DNA of 64,000 nt. Origin: Bdellovibrionales bacterium (lineage in GTDB: Bacteria > Bdellovibrionota > Bdellovibrionia > Bdellovibrionales > UBA1609). This document shows, piece after piece, positions 47,393 to 56,315 of this stretch (within the stretch, counting starts at the first letter, position 1; each line of letters opens with the position of its first letter). The notes beneath the pieces are model-generated. The model searched no databases. It was not told the origin of the DNA and saw nothing but the letters and a program-made list of their open reading frames with translations. The stretch spans positions 192,001 through 256,000 of the forward strand of contig OZ241877.1 of the NCBI GenBank assembly GCA_965203095.1. Direction: 5' to 3'. A program made the position numbers and the translations under genes.

Positions 47393-48427
47393 ATGAATAA
47401 ACTCAAAAACAAAGATCAAAGCAAAAATACAGAACCAGCTGAAAAAACCATAGCTCCTATCAAAAACAAAGAACCGGCGGAAAAACCTCAAACCTCACAA
47501 GAAGAAATACAAACAAATTCAAAAAAAATTGCCCCCTGTCAACAATCAGAATATACCCGAATTGTCAGTGAAGAGGACACTTTAATCGCTGAGATCCAAT
47601 CAAAAAAAGAATCTCCAGCCCATCTTCTCCTTTTAAATGGGCCTAAAAATCTGATTGGTCATACATGGCCTTTAACAAAAATGGTCACCAGTTTGGGTCG
47701 CTCCAGCAGGCTGAATGACATCACTGTAGATCATAACAGCCTTAGCAAAACACATTTTCAAATCATCAATGAAAATGACTCTTTTTACATTGTGGATTTA
47801 AAATCAACCAATAAAACCTACCTCAATGATGATGAGCTGGACCCTTACCAAAAAATTCCTTTGGAAAATAATTCCTATATTCAAGCCAGCCATCTGATCT
47901 TTAAGTTTTTAGATAAGGGAAATATTGAATCCCATTCCTCTAAACAACTTTTAAAAAAGGCTCAAACAGATCCTTTGACTCTTGCCGGAAATCGGCTCCT
48001 GCTAAAAGCTAAAGGCCCGGAGTATTTCTTTTCCAATCAAAATCTATCTCTGATCACTTTTGATGTGGATGATTTTAAACAGATCAACGATCGCTTAGGC
48101 CATATTGCTGGGGATTATGCTTTAAAAGAACTTTCAAAATGTGTTTTAGAGATTGTTCGTGAAAAAGATCTCTTTATCCGTTATGGAGGAGATGAGTTTG
48201 TAATATTCACAGCCAATCCTCTGCCCATAGCACAAAATATAGCGGATCGAATAAAGGAAAAGCTAAAAGCCCGTCAGTTTGAATGTGAAGGGAAAAAGTT
48301 TTCCATATCTATTTCTATAGGCTTAGCTGAAAAGCTCCCCTCAGACACAAAATGGGAAAACATTTACCATCGAGCCGACCAGCTGTCCTATCAAGATAAA
48401 CAGAAGAAAAAGACCAATATGAAATAA
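47393..48427 (+). CDS. dgcB: FHA-GGDEF diguanylate cyclase, DgcB-like
   Basis: Disordered N-tail with EYTRIV; FHA motifs (GRS, SLSKTH, DLKSTNKT); REKD I-site; RYGGDEF. Confidence 0.8.
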   Translation: MNKLKNKDQSKNTEPAEKTIAPIKNKEPAEKPQTSQEEIQTNSKKIAPCQQSEYTRIVSEEDTLIAEIQSKKESPAHLLLLNGPKNLIGHTWPLTKMVTSLGRSSRLNDITVDHNSLSKTHFQIINENDSFYIVDLKSTNKTYLNDDELDPYQKIPLENNSYIQASHLIFKFLDKGNIESHSSKQLLKKAQTDPLTLAGNRLLLKAKGPEYFFSNQNLSLITFDVDDFKQINDRLGHIAGDYALKELSKCVLEIVREKDLFIRYGGDEFVIFTANPLPIAQNIADRIKEKLKARQFECEGKKFSISISIGLAEKLPSDTKWENIYHRADQLSYQDKQKKKTNMK

Positions 48428-48448
48428 ACTTTTTGCCAAGCACAAAAA

Positions 48449-48473
48449 AAGGGGATTTTATAAAAATCCCCTT
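48449..48473. terminator. hairpin between convergent genes
   Basis: AAGGGGATTTT-ATA-AAAATCCCCTT with adjacent A tract. Confidence 0.65.
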
Positions 48474-48504
48474 ATAGATTTTTTGTCATATTAAAAGGGA
48501 AGGC

Positions 48505-49518
48505 TTATTGGTTGTTGTCGTCTTCCTCAACAACACTATTGATCTCCACTTCCACTTCTACTGTTACAGGAGCATTTTCTGGAATGACTGTGATACTCAC
48601 CTCTTCAGCAGTTCCCTCATTAGCAGAATCTCCCGCAGGTGGAACCTCCTCTTCAGCAGTTCCCTCATTAGCAGAATCTCCCGCAGGTGGAACCTCCTCT
48701 TCAGCAGTTCCCTCATCAGCAGAACCTTCCGCAGGTGGAACCTCCTCTTCAGCAGTTCCCTCATTAGCAGAATCTTCCGCAGGTGGAACGGCATCTTCAG
48801 CAGTTCCCTCATCAGCAGAACCTTCCGCAGGTGGAACCTCCTCAACAGTTCCCTCTTCAGCAGAACCTTCCGCAGGTGGAACCTCCTCTTCAGCAGTTCC
48901 CTCATTAGCAGAATCTCCCACAGGTGGAACCTCCTCTTCAGCAGTTCCTTCATCAGCAGAATCTCCCACAGGTGGAACCTCCTCTTCAGCAGTTCCTTCA
49001 TCAGCAGAATCTCCGGCAGGCTGAGCTGAGCCTTCAGAACCTTCCACAGTAGGCTCTCCCTCTTCAGCAGAATCCTCTACTTCCTGTTGAGATGATGTTT
49101 CACTTAAAACTTTTTGAACAGCCTCTATTTCCGCCTTAACTTGAGCCAACCTTTCATAAACTTCCTCTGGCCAATCCACATTGGAAAGGATCTCATCTAA
49201 GGCTACTACTTGGGCTTTTAAGCTCTCAAGAGCTTGAATATGCCCTGTCTGTTTTTGTGTAATGTCACTATGTATGGCATTGATGAAATGAAGCACTTTA
49301 GCCATCTCATCATAAATGGCCTCTTGATCCTCCACTAAAGCCATAGCTATTTTATACTCTTCAACAGCTTTATAAAGGTGAAGTGCAAGTGCCATTTCAT
49401 ATTTAGCCGCCTTTCCATCCGTGCGGTTTTTACGAGCTTTCCGATCTTGATCTTTATCATTCGAACAAGAAAAAAAACTCAGAGTGAGTAGAACAATAAA
49501 AATATTTTTCAGTTTCAT
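48505..49518 (-). CDS. lipoprotein with coiled coil and acidic tandem-repeat tail
   Basis: Lipobox LSFFSC; AAGGAGG RBS; nine ~16-aa units (G/E)(D/G)SA(D/N/E)EGTAEEEVPP(A/V). Confidence 0.88.
   Translation of the reverse strand: MKLKNIFIVLLTLSFFSCSNDKDQDRKARKNRTDGKAAKYEMALALHLYKAVEEYKIAMALVEDQEAIYDEMAKVLHFINAIHSDITQKQTGHIQALESLKAQVVALDEILSNVDWPEEVYERLAQVKAEIEAVQKVLSETSSQQEVEDSAEEGEPTVEGSEGSAQPAGDSADEGTAEEEVPPVGDSADEGTAEEEVPPVGDSANEGTAEEEVPPAEGSAEEGTVEEVPPAEGSADEGTAEDAVPPAEDSANEGTAEEEVPPAEGSADEGTAEEEVPPAGDSANEGTAEEEVPPAGDSANEGTAEEVSITVIPENAPVTVEVEVEINSVVEEDDNNQ
48601..49014 (-). repeat. 48-bp coding tandem repeat, about nine units
   Basis: CTCTTCAGCAGTTCCCTCATTAGCAGAATCTCCCGCAGGTGGAACCTC and variants; one unit is 45 bp. 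Confidence 0.95.
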
Positions 49519-49706
49519 TTTAGACCTCCTTAATAAAATGGCTGAACCTCAAAAAGTTTTGTAGAAAAAAAAGAAAATGACAAGAATTCTTTTTGCAATT
49601 TTAGTTAATACTGCCTTTTGGCCGGGGTTTTGTAAGATAAAACACACAAAAAACAGACAATTTAATGTAATCGCCCGTGAAAAAGGCCCCTTAAATACCC
49701 ATAAGC

Positions 49707-50153
49707 TTAAGGTAAATAAAATAAAGGGTTAACCGCCTTTCTCTTATATATCAGCTCAAAGTGTAGGTGTGGCCCAGTGGCCCGTCCCGTCCATCCTAAA
49801 GTCCCAATCATTTCCCCCTGAAACACTTTTTGGCCAATGCTCACTTGAATACTTTGCAGATGAGCATAAAGACTGGCCCAATGGCGGGAATGCTCTATCA
49901 AAACCACATTGCCATAGCCCGCAAGCTTTTTTCCCGCATAAACCACCCGCCCAGGACGACTGCTCAAAACCGGCGATCCCAAGCTGGCTCTCAGATCAAT
50001 ACCTAAATGAGGTCTTTTTTTAAAAGGACGAAATTTTTGCGTCAACTGATATTCCCTTAAAGGCCATTCAAATTGGGGCTGAGGGTTTTTCTTTAAAAAA
50101 ACACAAGAGAAAAGCGAAACAAAAAAACAATATAAAACAAGGGATCTCATCAA
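49707..50153 (-). CDS. M23 family metallopeptidase lipoprotein
   Basis: HLGID, GYGN, LYAHL, TGPHLHFE; lipobox LFSC. Confidence 0.92.
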   Translation of the reverse strand: MMRSLVLYCFFVSLFSCVFLKKNPQPQFEWPLREYQLTQKFRPFKKRPHLGIDLRASLGSPVLSSRPGRVVYAGKKLAGYGNVVLIEHSRHWASLYAHLQSIQVSIGQKVFQGEMIGTLGWTGRATGPHLHFELIYKRKAVNPLFYLP

Positions 50154-50159
50154 TCTCCT

Positions 50160-52058
50160 TTATATAATTTTTTTAGCCACCACCCGCCGATGGGGGAGGA
50201 GGTAAGATTCCTTTAGCGTCTCTTTTGAAATTAAAAAAACATTCTCAGTCGCTTTAGGATGAATCTGCAAACGAAAACGGCGGGAGCGAAGGCCAGCCAA
50301 ATACCAACGGCTGTCTGCCGCATAAATTATATCCGCAGGTTGAGCCTTCATGACTTCAGCATTTTTTTTAGAAAGCCCCGCCTCCCCCTTCTTCAAGCTA
50401 TTATCTACCTGCAACTTTAAAACACTTGTTTTTTTGCCTTTTTGAAAGTTGGCCTCTCCTCCCTTAAATCGCTTTATGGCTTGATCAATACTGCTGAGGG
50501 TATAGCCTTGGATCTTTTCCTTATCCGCCGGTTTTGTGAAAAGACAAACCAAAACTCCTACACTTCCTGAAACCAGCATACCAAACAGAGCACGAAATAA
50601 AAAAGGATCGCCAGAGGGAGAGCCGTAAAAAAAGCTCCTTAAAGGATAAATCCACTCAGGAAATTTGAGAGTCATAAAAGTTAAAAAAACCCCTGAGAGC
50701 AAAGCCAAAGAGGCAGAAATGGAGTTGAATCGCTTCCATAACATTCCCAAAAGTAAGGTCGTCACAATAGAGGGAATAATCACCATAATCCCCTTGTAAT
50801 GAATAGACATCAGAGTCCCTTTTTGAAAGAAAAACCAAGAAGAAAGCAATAAGCCTAAAGCAGTGATAGCCACAGAGCTGGCCTTTGCCGCTCTCAAATA
50901 ATGCCTGTCGGAAGATTGCTGGCGAATCAGAGGTTTATAAATGTCATAAATAAAAATAGCTGAGGCGGAGTTGATCAGAGTGTCTATGGTGGACATAAGG
51001 GCCGCTAAAAGAGCTGACAAGATGAGACCTAAAATCACTGGTTGACTTTGAGCCACATAAGCCACGACAGAGACAAAAGTGTGGTAGCTGTCTTCAATGT
51101 TTAAAGGGCCGGAAGGGCTCAAAGCTTGTGAAAGAGATTCCTGCTTAATCAAAATGGATTTGCCTATCCAACCAACAGAACCCACCACCAAAGCAGAAAG
51201 AGGCAAGGTGACGAGGACATTGGCCATTCCCGCTAAGCGGGCTTCATTCACACTCCTTATACTCAAAAATCTCATTAAAAAACCTTGATTGAGAAATAAA
51301 AAGGCAATACTCCCCGCCAGAGCATCCCCCCAAAACATACCTACAGAATTAAAATAAGGATTGTCCCTTAAAGGGGCATAAGGCAACCGATGCTCGACAG
51401 GCAGGTAAGAGAAAAACTCCCCAAAGCCCCCCAAAACATAAAGCCCATAGCCAAAAATCAAAAAACCGGCCAGGTAAAGGATAATGCCTTGGATCAGATC
51501 AGTAAAAATCACAGCTGTTTGCCCGCCCAAGCTCACATAAATCCCCAAGATGAGTGTAATGAGAGGCAAGGTCCACACTGGAGAAAAGCCAAAAATGCCG
51601 TCAAAAGCCAAACCTATAGTAAATAAGTTGTAGCCAATGTAATAAAAAATATAAGCCAGCAATATGCCCACTGTGATATAGCGAGTCACAGAGTTAAAAC
51701 GTTTTTCAAAATACTGAGGGACGGATTTTGTCCCCGTCCAATACATCAAGGGGAGCCAACCAAAAAAGAACAAAGGGAGAATAAACCACTCATTCATATA
51801 GCCCATGGCACTGTTCATGCCGGTATTCAGGCCCTGCTCTGAGTATTTCAAATAACTATAAGAACCAATGCCTGTAGCCATCATGCTCACAAAAGGAAGC
51901 CACCAAGCAAATCTTTGCCCACTAAAAAAGAAATCCTGAATGTTGGAACTGAATTTAGAAAAGTAAGTCCCAAAAAATGTCACCATCGCAAAGTAAGCAC
52001 ATATAATCCCTATAATAATGGCTAAAGTGATTCCGGAAAGATCTAAACCCAAACTCAT
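50160..52058 (-). CDS. sodium:solute symporter family protein with soluble C-terminal extension
   Basis: DFFFSG, YFEKRFN, GG..AVIFTDLIQ, LAALMSTIDT..NS; many TM segments. Confidence 0.9.
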   Translation of the reverse strand: MSLGLDLSGITLAIIIGIICAYFAMVTFFGTYFSKFSSNIQDFFFSGQRFAWWLPFVSMMATGIGSYSYLKYSEQGLNTGMNSAMGYMNEWFILPLFFFGWLPLMYWTGTKSVPQYFEKRFNSVTRYITVGILLAYIFYYIGYNLFTIGLAFDGIFGFSPVWTLPLITLILGIYVSLGGQTAVIFTDLIQGIILYLAGFLIFGYGLYVLGGFGEFFSYLPVEHRLPYAPLRDNPYFNSVGMFWGDALAGSIAFLFLNQGFLMRFLSIRSVNEARLAGMANVLVTLPLSALVVGSVGWIGKSILIKQESLSQALSPSGPLNIEDSYHTFVSVVAYVAQSQPVILGLILSALLAALMSTIDTLINSASAIFIYDIYKPLIRQQSSDRHYLRAAKASSVAITALGLLLSSWFFFQKGTLMSIHYKGIMVIIPSIVTTLLLGMLWKRFNSISASLALLSGVFLTFMTLKFPEWIYPLRSFFYGSPSGDPFLFRALFGMLVSGSVGVLVCLFTKPADKEKIQGYTLSSIDQAIKRFKGGEANFQKGKKTSVLKLQVDNSLKKGEAGLSKKNAEVMKAQPADIIYAADSRWYLAGLRSRRFRLQIHPKATENVFLISKETLKESYLLPHRRVVAKKII

Positions 52059-52061
52059 ACT

Positions 52062-52382
52062 CTATCCTTTAAAGGGGAAATGAGTGGCAAAAAAAATCCA
52101 CAGACCATGAAAACAAAACATAAAAGTCATCCCACAAAGAATAGTGATGAGCCAGCGGATCTCTTCTTTTCGCCTCATATTGTAAATAGTCTGCCTTGTG
52201 AAAATCCAAAAAGAACCTATAGCAAAAAACAAAGCCCCTGTTCCATAAGTGTAAAGATAGCTGATCCAGGGGCTATTTTCCGACATGAGCTGAACCAAAA
52301 AACGAGGGTAAAAATAAGAGAAACACAGCACAAAAGCCACAATCAAAAGGGATAAAAAGAGCGAAAGCCATACTCTCATCAT
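52062..52382 (-). CDS. small 3-TM membrane protein, co-transcribed with the symporter
   Basis: Three hydrophobic segments; 3 bp from the symporter start. Confidence 0.7.
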   Translation of the reverse strand: MMRVWLSLFLSLLIVAFVLCFSYFYPRFLVQLMSENSPWISYLYTYGTGALFFAIGSFWIFTRQTIYNMRRKEEIRWLITILCGMTFMFCFHGLWIFFATHFPFKG

Positions 52383-52496
52383 TGGCTTTTGATTAACACT
52401 TGAGGGATAAAAGGAGCAAGCTATTTTTCAATCTACTTTTTTAAAAAGGGAAAAAGCACTTTTCACTGAGAAAGAGAGATCGACGGGGCCGGGCGG

Positions 52497-52679
52497 TTAT
52501 TTGATTTCCCGGTGCAGGGTGTGACGATTGAGAAAGGGGTTGTATTTTTTCTTCGTCAGTCGCTCCGGATGGCTTTGAGAGTTTTTTTTCGTGGTGTAGC
52601 GAGACGGGGGTCGCCCCTCTTTTCGTGCCTCTGAACATTCTAAAGTGATGATTTTTACTCCCTTTTTCTTTTTAGCCAT
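52497..52679 (-). CDS. rpmG: 50S ribosomal protein L33, form lacking the Zn-binding Cys pairs
   Basis: IITLEC...SRYTTKKN....[30 protein letters not shown]. Confidence 0.95.
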   Translation of the reverse strand: MAKKKKGVKIITLECSEARKEGRPPSRYTTKKNSQSHPERLTKKKYNPFLNRHTLHREIK

Positions 52680-52762
52680 AGTTGCTCCTTATTATTAAAG
52701 AAACTCTGGCCTGTCAAGTAGAGCTTAGACATTTTTTTAGGTTCATGGGTATTTAAGAGGCT

Positions 52763-53788
52763 TTAGCGAAAATAACCCACAGGATCTTTAAGTGTCAGGT
52801 TCTCCTCCATAAATAAGGCCATATAATAGAGTAGCTCCGGATCCCATTGGAAAACAGCTAAAATTTTAAAAGGAGGGTCATATCGCTCCCGCTCACGGCA
52901 GTAATCACTACAAAAACAGGTTTGATTTTGGCTTTTGCCACACTCTTTTTTGCTGGTTTTCACTTCCACATGGCCATGCGAGCTACGAGATTTTAAAATA
53001 ATGATAGCCCCTTTAGGAATTTTTTCAGGATCTTTTTGAAACAGCTCATACTGCTCCACAGATATTTTGGTAAATAAGGGGACAAATTGAGCGGAATGAG
53101 GACTTGTAAAAAAGGAAACAGAGCTTAACAGCCGATTATACTGATCCCAATTTTTACAGCGATTCCTTATCCGTTTATTGGGAATGCTTTGGTAAAGGTC
53201 AAAACTTTGCCCATCCAAGTTGAGCATGCAAAGGGCTGAGGGGAAAATAAAGCCATTCCGGCAAATATGAATGTTTTTGTTTTCGAAATCGGTAGAAAAA
53301 CCCTCTATACATTGTTGATAATCCTCTACACTTTGACTGAAAGAGCTATTTTGGCAATGACCCGATAAAAACTTATGAATCACACTCATTATAGAGCTGT
53401 TGACATGCCGAGCACATCTGTCCCGGGAGCGGGACATGGATTTTTTACCACGGCACTGCCTCACTGGAGGAGACTGATCCTGCTCTATTTGATTTTGAGG
53501 CTGGCAACCTCTTGTGCAACCGTCATTGGCCTGACAATGGCAAAAAGAATTGTTAAAAACAGTGTCTTCAAAATACTCCAATATTTGATTTTGATAAAAA
53601 TTATGGGTTTGTTCTTCAAGTAGAAATTCTTGAAATACTGACTCTTTTTCAAAGCGATCCGGTGGATTGGAAATAAATAAATGAGAGGGATCCTTTTCTG
53701 TAAAACTAAAGATATGTTCTGCCTCAGAAACAGAGACCAGAGGAAAGAAAACAAGGCAAAATAATAATACAGAGTTTAAAAACCACAT
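52763..53788 (-). CDS. secreted Cys-rich protein, possible NlpC/P60- or CHAP-like amidase
   Basis: Signal peptide; RCARHV ... PKGAIIIL....HGHVEVK ... CSDY. Confidence 0.65.
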   Translation of the reverse strand: MWFLNSVLLFCLVFFPLVSVSEAEHIFSFTEKDPSHLFISNPPDRFEKESVFQEFLLEEQTHNFYQNQILEYFEDTVFNNSFCHCQANDGCTRGCQPQNQIEQDQSPPVRQCRGKKSMSRSRDRCARHVNSSIMSVIHKFLSGHCQNSSFSQSVEDYQQCIEGFSTDFENKNIHICRNGFIFPSALCMLNLDGQSFDLYQSIPNKRIRNRCKNWDQYNRLLSSVSFFTSPHSAQFVPLFTKISVEQYELFQKDPEKIPKGAIIILKSRSSHGHVEVKTSKKECGKSQNQTCFCSDYCRERERYDPPFKILAVFQWDPELLYYMALFMEENLTLKDPVGYFR

Positions 53789-53924
53789 TTCACAAAAGCT
53801 ATCATCTTTTGCTATGAAAACAAAATTTAAACAGAAAATTAAAGCAATAGTGTCTCAAAATAAGACACTATTATTTGTATGAAATCAAAGCCAAAAAGAA
53901 AAATTAAAACAAAAGTCCAGATTT

Positions 53925-54305
53925 TTAAAAAAGTGGCTCTTCAAATTCCACAAGTGGCTTGCGACTTCTTATCTTTTTTATCTCTTTTAGTCGCTTTTTT
54001 AAAATTTGTTTTTGTTTTTGCCGGTAGTTGGAATGCTGTTTTTTATAGGATGAAAAAGCTATTTTTCTCTTTCTTTCAATTTGTTGTTGCTTTTTTTTAT
54101 GTTCTTTCAAGCGATTGTCTGAGGAAGGGGCTTTCCGGGAAAATTCCCGTTCCCGCAATCTTTCTTGTAAATAAGCCTTTCGCCTTTGCTCAAAGTGCTT
54201 TTTGTTTTCCTTATATTCTAAAAAGTTTTTGTGCTCTTCTAAAGAGCTGGGGCCAGCCCTGCCCTCTAAAGGAAAGAGAAGTGCATAAACAAAAAAAAAC
54301 CACAT
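53925..54305 (-). CDS. hypothetical basic coiled-coil protein with signal-like N-terminus
   Basis: ATG 54305 preceded by AAGGAG, just after the upstream stop; K/R/E-rich. Confidence 0.6.
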   Translation of the reverse strand: MWFFFVYALLFPLEGRAGPSSLEEHKNFLEYKENKKHFEQRRKAYLQERLREREFSRKAPSSDNRLKEHKKKQQQIERKRKIAFSSYKKQHSNYRQKQKQILKKRLKEIKKIRSRKPLVEFEEPLF

Positions 54306-54307
54306 TC

Positions 54308-55030
54308 TCAAAGCTCCTTTTTTATTTGAGGGATAAGCTCGTTCAAGCTTAAGCCAGTCAAGTTTTTGAGCCTTTTTAAAATCCATAAAAGCAAGAAACC
54401 AGTAATAAAAGTAAGAGGCAAGGCAATAAAAACATAACCCATCCATGTCATATCCGCTACCTGCTCGTTAATCATTTGCCTTTTTTGATCCTCCCCCATA
54501 AAAGGTTTTTCCGCAAATACAAAAAAAGCAATCACAAAATTTAAAATAGCACTTAAAACAAAAGAACCTCCTAAAGCCCAGGTGGAGATATTCATCACCT
54601 GGCGAAAATCTTTTTCTCTATTGTGAGCCTTCAAACGGGACTTAATGAGAGCTGTGTCAAAAAGAGAAGATTTAAAAATGAGTAAAGAGGCCAAAGGTTT
54701 TTTAAAAAAAATGGAAGCCCATGCCACAAAGGCTAAAATCAAAGGGATGCTGGCCTCTTTAATGGCAAAATAAATTCCCTGGAATTGAAACAAGGCCAAA
54801 CCACCAGTAAGAGCAATGCTCACTAAACCTATTGAGGAAATGGCATTCAGCTTTTTCCTTATAATTAAATCCTTTAACCCATAACCAAAGGGAAAAGCCA
54901 AGGCTATTATTAGTGCATAAAGCGGGGCAGTTTCCGCCGGGAAAAAATTTTGGCCTTGATTCAAAATGAACACAGGCAAAATAATATTAAAGCCTAAACT
55001 CAACAAAGGATTTTCTTTTTTGTCTATCAT
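54308..55030 (-). CDS. VC0807-family-like integral membrane protein
   Basis: ENPLLSLGFNIILPVFIL, IKEASIP, SFVLSAILNF, MTWMGYVFIALP; about six TM segments. Confidence 0.75.
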   Translation of the reverse strand: MIDKKENPLLSLGFNIILPVFILNQGQNFFPAETAPLYALIIALAFPFGYGLKDLIIRKKLNAISSIGLVSIALTGGLALFQFQGIYFAIKEASIPLILAFVAWASIFFKKPLASLLIFKSSLFDTALIKSRLKAHNREKDFRQVMNISTWALGGSFVLSAILNFVIAFFVFAEKPFMGEDQKRQMINEQVADMTWMGYVFIALPLTFITGFLLLWILKRLKNLTGLSLNELIPQIKKEL

Positions 55031-55054
55031 TTGGTGCCTATAATATAGTGAGAC

Positions 55055-55130
55055 TTATACCAATTTTGTTTGAAAATTCCTGCCTTCCCTACTCTGTTTT
55101 GATCGGAAATGTCAACTGTGCTCAGTATAA
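55055..55130 (+). mobile_element. 76-bp MITE-like element, family A, copy 3
   Basis: TTATACCAATTTTGTTTGAAAATTCCTGCC...CTACTCTGTTTTGATCGGAAA...CTCAGTATAA. Confidence 0.75.
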
Positions 55131-55260
55131 TTAGTCGCTCGTGAAAAAGTCTACATTTAATAGATCGCATAAGCAAAAGTCCAGCTTGTTCGGGACGGAC
55201 TTTAGGCAAAGAAACTGAAGAATCCCTTGTAAATTATAGAGCTTTTTCACGGAGGATTAA
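55131..55260 (+). mobile_element. MITE-like element, family B, abutting family-A copy 3
   Basis: Ends TTAGTCGCTCGTGAAAAAG / CTTTTTCACGGAGGATTAA; left half matches 11649-11700, right half matches 57446-57484. Confidence 0.7.
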
Positions 55261-55410
55261 TTATTGCCCATCATCTGAATCACAAATCGAAAGAAAACAA
55301 CATTTTTTTTAAAAAAACAAGATTTTTTTGATAGACTGATTTTAGGAGATTTAAAAAAGAAGTTTCGGATTTTAGACTTCATCTTTCACATAAAACGAAA
55401 GAGAATATTT

Positions 55411-56136
55411 ATGCCTTTTCGAAAAGTTATAGGTGCTCATTCTTGCAGAGAGGCTTTAAAAACTCGCCGGCCGGAAGAGATAAAAAAAATATTCCTTAAA
55501 CCTGACTGGCAAAAAAGCTCTGTCTTGAAGAGCTTGGCCCTTATGGCTCAGGATAAAGGCTTAAAAGTAGAGCTTATGTCTGTAAAAAAACTCCAGCAAA
55601 TAGCTGAAGCCCACCAGGGGGTTTGTGTGTTGCTGTCTCACTATATGCATTTTAATATAGATTCTGTTGGCAAAAACTCTGTGGTTTTGCTTTTAAATGG
55701 CCTGCAAGATAGTAAAAATTTTGGAGCTATTGTTCGCACCGCATGGCTTATGGGGGTGGAATGTATTTTTGCAAGCAAAAAGCACAGCCTGAGCTTAAGC
55801 CCTGCTATGGCCAAAACCGCCAGTGGAGGTTTAGAACATGTTCCTGTGGAATGGAGGCATAATTTAAGGGAATGTGCAGAGGAACTAAAAAAACATCAAT
55901 TTTGGATCTATGGTTTGGATCCTCAGGCAAAACGATCTATTTATGAAGAAAAATTTGAAGGCCGAGTGGCTTTTGTTTTAGGAGGAGAGTCCTCTGGCCT
56001 AAAAAGGGGGATGAAAAAGGCTTGCGACACTTTGTTGTCCATCCCTCAAAAACACAGTTCTGCAAATTATAATGTGTCTGTTAGTGCCAGTTTGGCCCTG
56101 GGAGAACTGTTCCGGCAAATTAGGCAAGCTCCCTAA
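55411..56136 (+). CDS. rlmB: 23S rRNA Gm2251 methyltransferase, TrmH/SpoU family
   Basis: HQGV, QD.KNFGAIVRTA, KTASGG.EH, LGGESSGL, NYNVSVSA. Confidence 0.85.
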   Translation: MPFRKVIGAHSCREALKTRRPEEIKKIFLKPDWQKSSVLKSLALMAQDKGLKVELMSVKKLQQIAEAHQGVCVLLSHYMHFNIDSVGKNSVVLLLNGLQDSKNFGAIVRTAWLMGVECIFASKKHSLSLSPAMAKTASGGLEHVPVEWRHNLRECAEELKKHQFWIYGLDPQAKRSIYEEKFEGRVAFVLGGESSGLKRGMKKACDTLLSIPQKHSSANYNVSVSASLALGELFRQIRQAP

Positions 56137-56315
56137 GCTTTTTGACTCCTGTAAAAAGGGAGCTGTTCTTCCCACAAAGCTTCAAAAAAAAGTATACTTC
56201 CCCGCAAAGCTTGGCCTCAAAGCCTCATGTCTTCACAAAGACAGACTTTTTTATGACTAAAATACAGAACAAAAGACAGCTTGATCTTCTTTATTTTTTA
56301 TGAGAAAGTCAGCTT

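Noticed and set aside
48601..49014. 48-bp repeats (and the 21-bp repeats at 33913) as a CRISPR array
   Set aside because: Units are contiguous with no unique spacers, are multiples of 3 inside ORFs, and no cas genes are present
48508..49029. Three alternative ORFs over the repeat (48508+, 48512+, 48597-)
   Set aside because: Open only because the repeat unit lacks stops; the 48505-49518 frame has the RBS and lipobox
53879..54352. 157-aa hydrophobic plus-strand ORF
   Set aside because: Antisense shadow of the Lys-rich minus-strand gene, which has an RBS and operon context
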